From: Blepharisma stoltei ATCC 30299
Lineage: Eukaryota; Protista; Ciliophora
Reading direction: 5' to 3'
NCBI GenBank assembly: GCA_965603825.1
Contig: CBFDEM010000064.1
Span: 336,355-400,354 of the forward strand
Length of the DNA stretch: 64,000 nucleotides
Shown: positions 60,640-64,000 of the stretch, piece after piece
How positions within the stretch are numbered: position 1 is the first letter of the stretch
Layout: each line of letters opens with the position of its first letter
The notes under the pieces: generated by a model
The model's input: only the letters and a program-made list of their open reading frames with translations
Told to the model about the DNA's origin: nothing
Databases searched by the model: none
Made by a program: the position numbers and the translations under genes

Positions 60640-63600
60640 ATTATTTCTCTTATATTAGAATGGCCAATATAAACTAAATGGCTAGGCAAACTCAGCTGAG
60701 TGTTAGGGTGTTAGGGTGTTAGGGTGTTAGGGTGTTAGGGTGTTAGGGTGTTAGGGTGTTAGGGTGTTAGGGTGTTAGGGTGTTAGGGTGTTAGGGTGTT
60801 AGGGTGTTAGGGTGTTAGGGTGTTAGGGTGTTAGGGTGTTAGGGTGTTAGGGTGTTAGGGTGTTAGGGTGTTAGGGTGTTAGGGTGTTAGGGTGTTAGGG
60901 TGTTAGGGTGTTAGGGTGTTAGGGTGTTAGGGTGTTAGGGTGTTAGGGTGTTAGGGTGTTAGGGTGTTAGGGTGTTAGGGTGTTAGGGTGTTAGGGTGTT
61001 AGGGTGTTAGGGTGTTAGGGTGTTAGGGTGTTAGGGTGTTAGGGTGTTAGGGTGTTAGGGTGTTAGGGTGTTAGGGTGTTAGGGTGTTAGGGTGTTAGGG
61101 TGTTAGGGTGTTAGGGTGTTAGGGTGTTAGGGTGTTAGGGTGTTAGGGTGTTAGGGTGTTAGGGTGTTAGGGTGTTAGGGTGTTAGGGTGTTAGGGTGTT
61201 AGGGTGTTAGGGTGTTAGGGTGTTAGGGTGTTAGGGTGTTAGGGTGTTAGGGTGTTAGGGTGTTAGGGTGTTAGGGTGTTAGGGTGTTAGGGTGTTAGGG
61301 TGTTAGGGTGTTAGGGTGTTAGGGTGTTAGGGTGTTAGGGTGTTAGGGTGTTAGGGTGTTAGGGTGTTAGGGTGTTAGGGTGTTAGGGTGTTAGGGTGTT
61401 AGGGTGTTAGGGTGTTAGGGTGTTAGGGTGTTAGGGTGTTAGGGTGTTAGGGTGTTAGGGTGTTAGGGTGTTAGGTGTTAGGGTGTTAGGGTGTTAGGGT
61501 GTTAGGGTGTTAGGGTGTTAGGGTGTTAGGGTGTTAGGGTGTTAGGGTGTTAGGGTGTTAGGGTGTTAGGGTGTTAGGGTGTTAGGGTGTTAGGGTGTTA
61601 GGGTGTTAGGGTGTTAGGGTGTTAGGGTGTTAGGGTGTTAGGGTGTTAGGGTGTTAGGGTGTTAGGGTGTTAGGGTGTTAGGGTGTTAGGGTGTTAGGGT
61701 GTTAGGGTGTTAGGGTGTTAGGGTGTTAGGGTGTTAGGGTGTTAGGGTGTTAGGGTTGTGTTAGGGTGTTAGGGTGTTAGGGTGTTAGGGTGTTAGGGTG
61801 TTAGGGTGTTAGGGTGTTAGGGTGTTAGGGTGTTAGGGTGTTAGGGTGTTAGGGTGTTAGGGTGTTAGGGTGTTAGGGTGTTAGGGTGTTGGGTTAGGGT
61901 GTTAGGGTGTTAGGGTGTTAGGGTGTTAGGGTGTTAGGGTGTTAGGGTGTTAGGGTGTTAGGGTGTTAGGGTGTTAGGGTGTTAGGGTGTTAGGGTGTTA
62001 GGGTGTTAGGGTGTTAGGGTGTTAGGGTGTTAGGGTGTTAGGGTGTTAGGGTGTTAGGGTGTTAGGGTGTTAGGGTGTTAGGGTGTTAGGGTGTTAGGGT
62101 GTTAGGGTGTTAGGGTGTTGGGTGTTAGGGTGTTAGGGTGTTAGGGTGTTAGGGTGTTAGGGTGTTAGGGTGTTAGGGTGTTAGGGTGTGGTTAGGGTGT
62201 TAGGGTGTTAGGGTGTTGGGTGTTGGGTGGGTAGGGTGTTAGGGTGTTTGGGTGTTGGGTGTAGGGTGTTTGGGTGTTAGGGTGTTAGGGTGTTAGGGTG
62301 TTTGGGTGTTAGGGTGTTGGGTGTTAGGGTGTTAGGGTGTTAGGGTGGGTTAGGGTGTTGGGTGTTTGGGTGTTAGGGTGTTAGGGTGTTAGGGTGTTAG
62401 GGTGTTGGGTGGGTGTTTGGGTGTTAGGGTGGTTGGGTGTGGGTGGGTGTGGGTGTTAGGGTGTTGGGTGTTGGGTGTTGGGTGTGGGTGTTGGGTGGTG
62501 GGTGTGGGTGTTGGGTGTTAGGGGTGTTAGGGTGTTAGGGTGTTAGGGTGTTAGGGTGTTAGGGTGTGGGTGTGGGTGTTAGGGTGTTGGGTGGTTGGGT
62601 GTTGGGTGTTAGGGTGGTAGGGTGTTAGGGTGTGTGGGTGTTAGGGTGTTAGGGTGTTAGGGTGTTGGGGTGTTGGGTGTGGGTGTGGGTGGTGGGTGGG
62701 TGGGTGTGGGGTGGGTGGGTGTTGGGTGTGGGTGTGGGTGTGGGTGGGTGGGTGTTGGGTGTTAGGGTGTTGGGTGTTGGGTGTTAGGGTGTTGGGTGTT
62801 GGGTGGGTGGGTGTAGGGTGTTGGGTGTTGGGTGGTTGGGTGTGGGTGTAGGGTGTTGGGTGTGGGTGTAGGGTGTTGGGTGTGGGTGTTGGGTGTTGGG
62901 GTGGGTGTTGGGTGTTAGGGTGTTAGGGTGTTAGGGTGTTAGGGTGTTAGGGTGTTAGGGTGTTGGGTGTTGGGTGTTGGGTGTTGGGTGTTAGGGTGTT
63001 AGGGTGGTGTGGGTGTTAGGGTGTTAGGGGTGGGTGTGGGTGTTAGGGTGTTGGGTGTTGGGTGTAGGGTGTTGGGTGTGGGTGGGTGTGGTGGGTTGGG
63101 TGTTGGGTGTTAGGGTGTTGGGTGTGGGTGTGGGTGTTGGGTGTTAGGGTGTTGGGGTGGTGTGGGTGTTGGGTGTGGGTGGTGGGTGTTGGGTGGGTAG
63201 GGTGTTAGGGTGTTAGGGTGGTGGTGTGGGTGTGGGTGTGGGTGTTGGGGTGTGGGTGGTGGGTGTTGGGTGTTGGGTGTTAGGGTGTTAGGGTGTTGGG
63301 TGTTAGGGTGTTAGGGTGTTAGGGTGTTAGGGTGTTGGGTGTTGGGTGTTGGGTGTTGGGTGTTAGGGTGGGTTGGGTGTTAGGGTGTTGGGTGTTAGGG
63401 TGTTAGGGGTGGTGTTGGGTGTTGGGTGTTAGGGGTGGGTGTAGGGTGTTGGGTGTTAGGGTGTTAGGGTGTTAGGGTGTGGGTGGGGTGTTGGGTGGTG
63501 TGGGTGTTAGGGTGTTAGGGTGTTAGGGTGTTAGGGTGTTTGGGTGTTAGGGGTGTTAGGGTGTGGTTAGGGTGTTAGGGTGTTAGGGTGTTAGGGTGTT

Positions 63601-64000
63601 AGGGTGTTTGGGTGTTAGGGTGTGGGTGTAGGGTGTTAGGGTGGTGTTAGGGTGTTAGGGTGTTAGGGTGTTAGGGTGTTAGGGTGTTAGGGTGTTAGGG
63701 TGTTAGGGTGTTAGGGTGTTAGGGTGTTAGGGTGTTAGGGTGTTAGGGTGTTAGGGTGTTAGGGTGTTAGGGTGTTAGGGTGTTAGGGTGTTAGGGTGTT
63801 AGGGTGTTAGGGTGTTAGGGTGTTAGGGTGTTAGGGTGTTAGGGTGTTAGGGTGTTAGGGTGTTAGGGTGTTAGGGTGTTAGGGTGTTAGGGTGTTAGGG
63901 TGTTAGGGTGTTAGGGTGTTAGGGTGTTAGGGTGTTAGGGTGTTAGGGTGTTAGGGTGTTAGGGTGTTAGGGTGTTAGGGTGTTAGGTGTAGAGTAGGGT
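60640..64000 (+). repeat. Telomere, (TTAGGGTG)n = (CCCTAACA)n, at least 3.3 kb
   Basis: 8-bp tandem repeat to the window end, G-rich strand running 5'->3' outward; heterotrich-type repeat. Confidence 0.98.

Noticed and set aside
62654-62851. 65-aa G/V/W/C ORF
   Set aside because: Translation of degenerate telomeric repeat
1-64000. tRNA/rRNA genes
   Set aside because: None recognised by eye; a tRNAscan-SE/Infernal run would be needed to exclude them

Overview
This is the telomere-proximal 64 kb of a eukaryotic chromosome arm from a heterotrich ciliate of Blepharisma type. Three features in the sequence support this: a terminal (TTAGGGTG)n = (CCCTAACA)n telomere, UGA read as Trp with only UAA/UAG ending intact genes, and 15-16 nt GT-AG introns. 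The supplied ORF track is therefore fragmented and gene models were rebuilt by hand. Positions 1-27.6 kb are gene-dense: a >3400 aa Cys-rich surface protein running off the left edge, a 3R-Myb, an IQ-motif protein, DRC2/CCDC65, EEF1AKMT1, an S10 carboxypeptidase, a coiled-coil protein, a PTPS with a CExxHGH motif, a SHAQKY-like Myb, a WD40 protein and small basic ORFs. Positions 27.6-51.2 kb are a shuffled subtelomeric zone with four copies of a ~460 aa secreted ConA/LamG-like plus Cys-rich protein, mixed with fragments of neighbouring genes. One copy is split by a 708 bp inversion that, if reversed, restores an exact open frame. Distal to this lie TMEM164, an axonemal dynein light chain-domain protein, a glutaredoxin, a PGM1-like ATP-grasp ligase, a LINE-like remnant and at least 3.3 kb of telomere. 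Family assignments are from motif recognition only; no searches were run.
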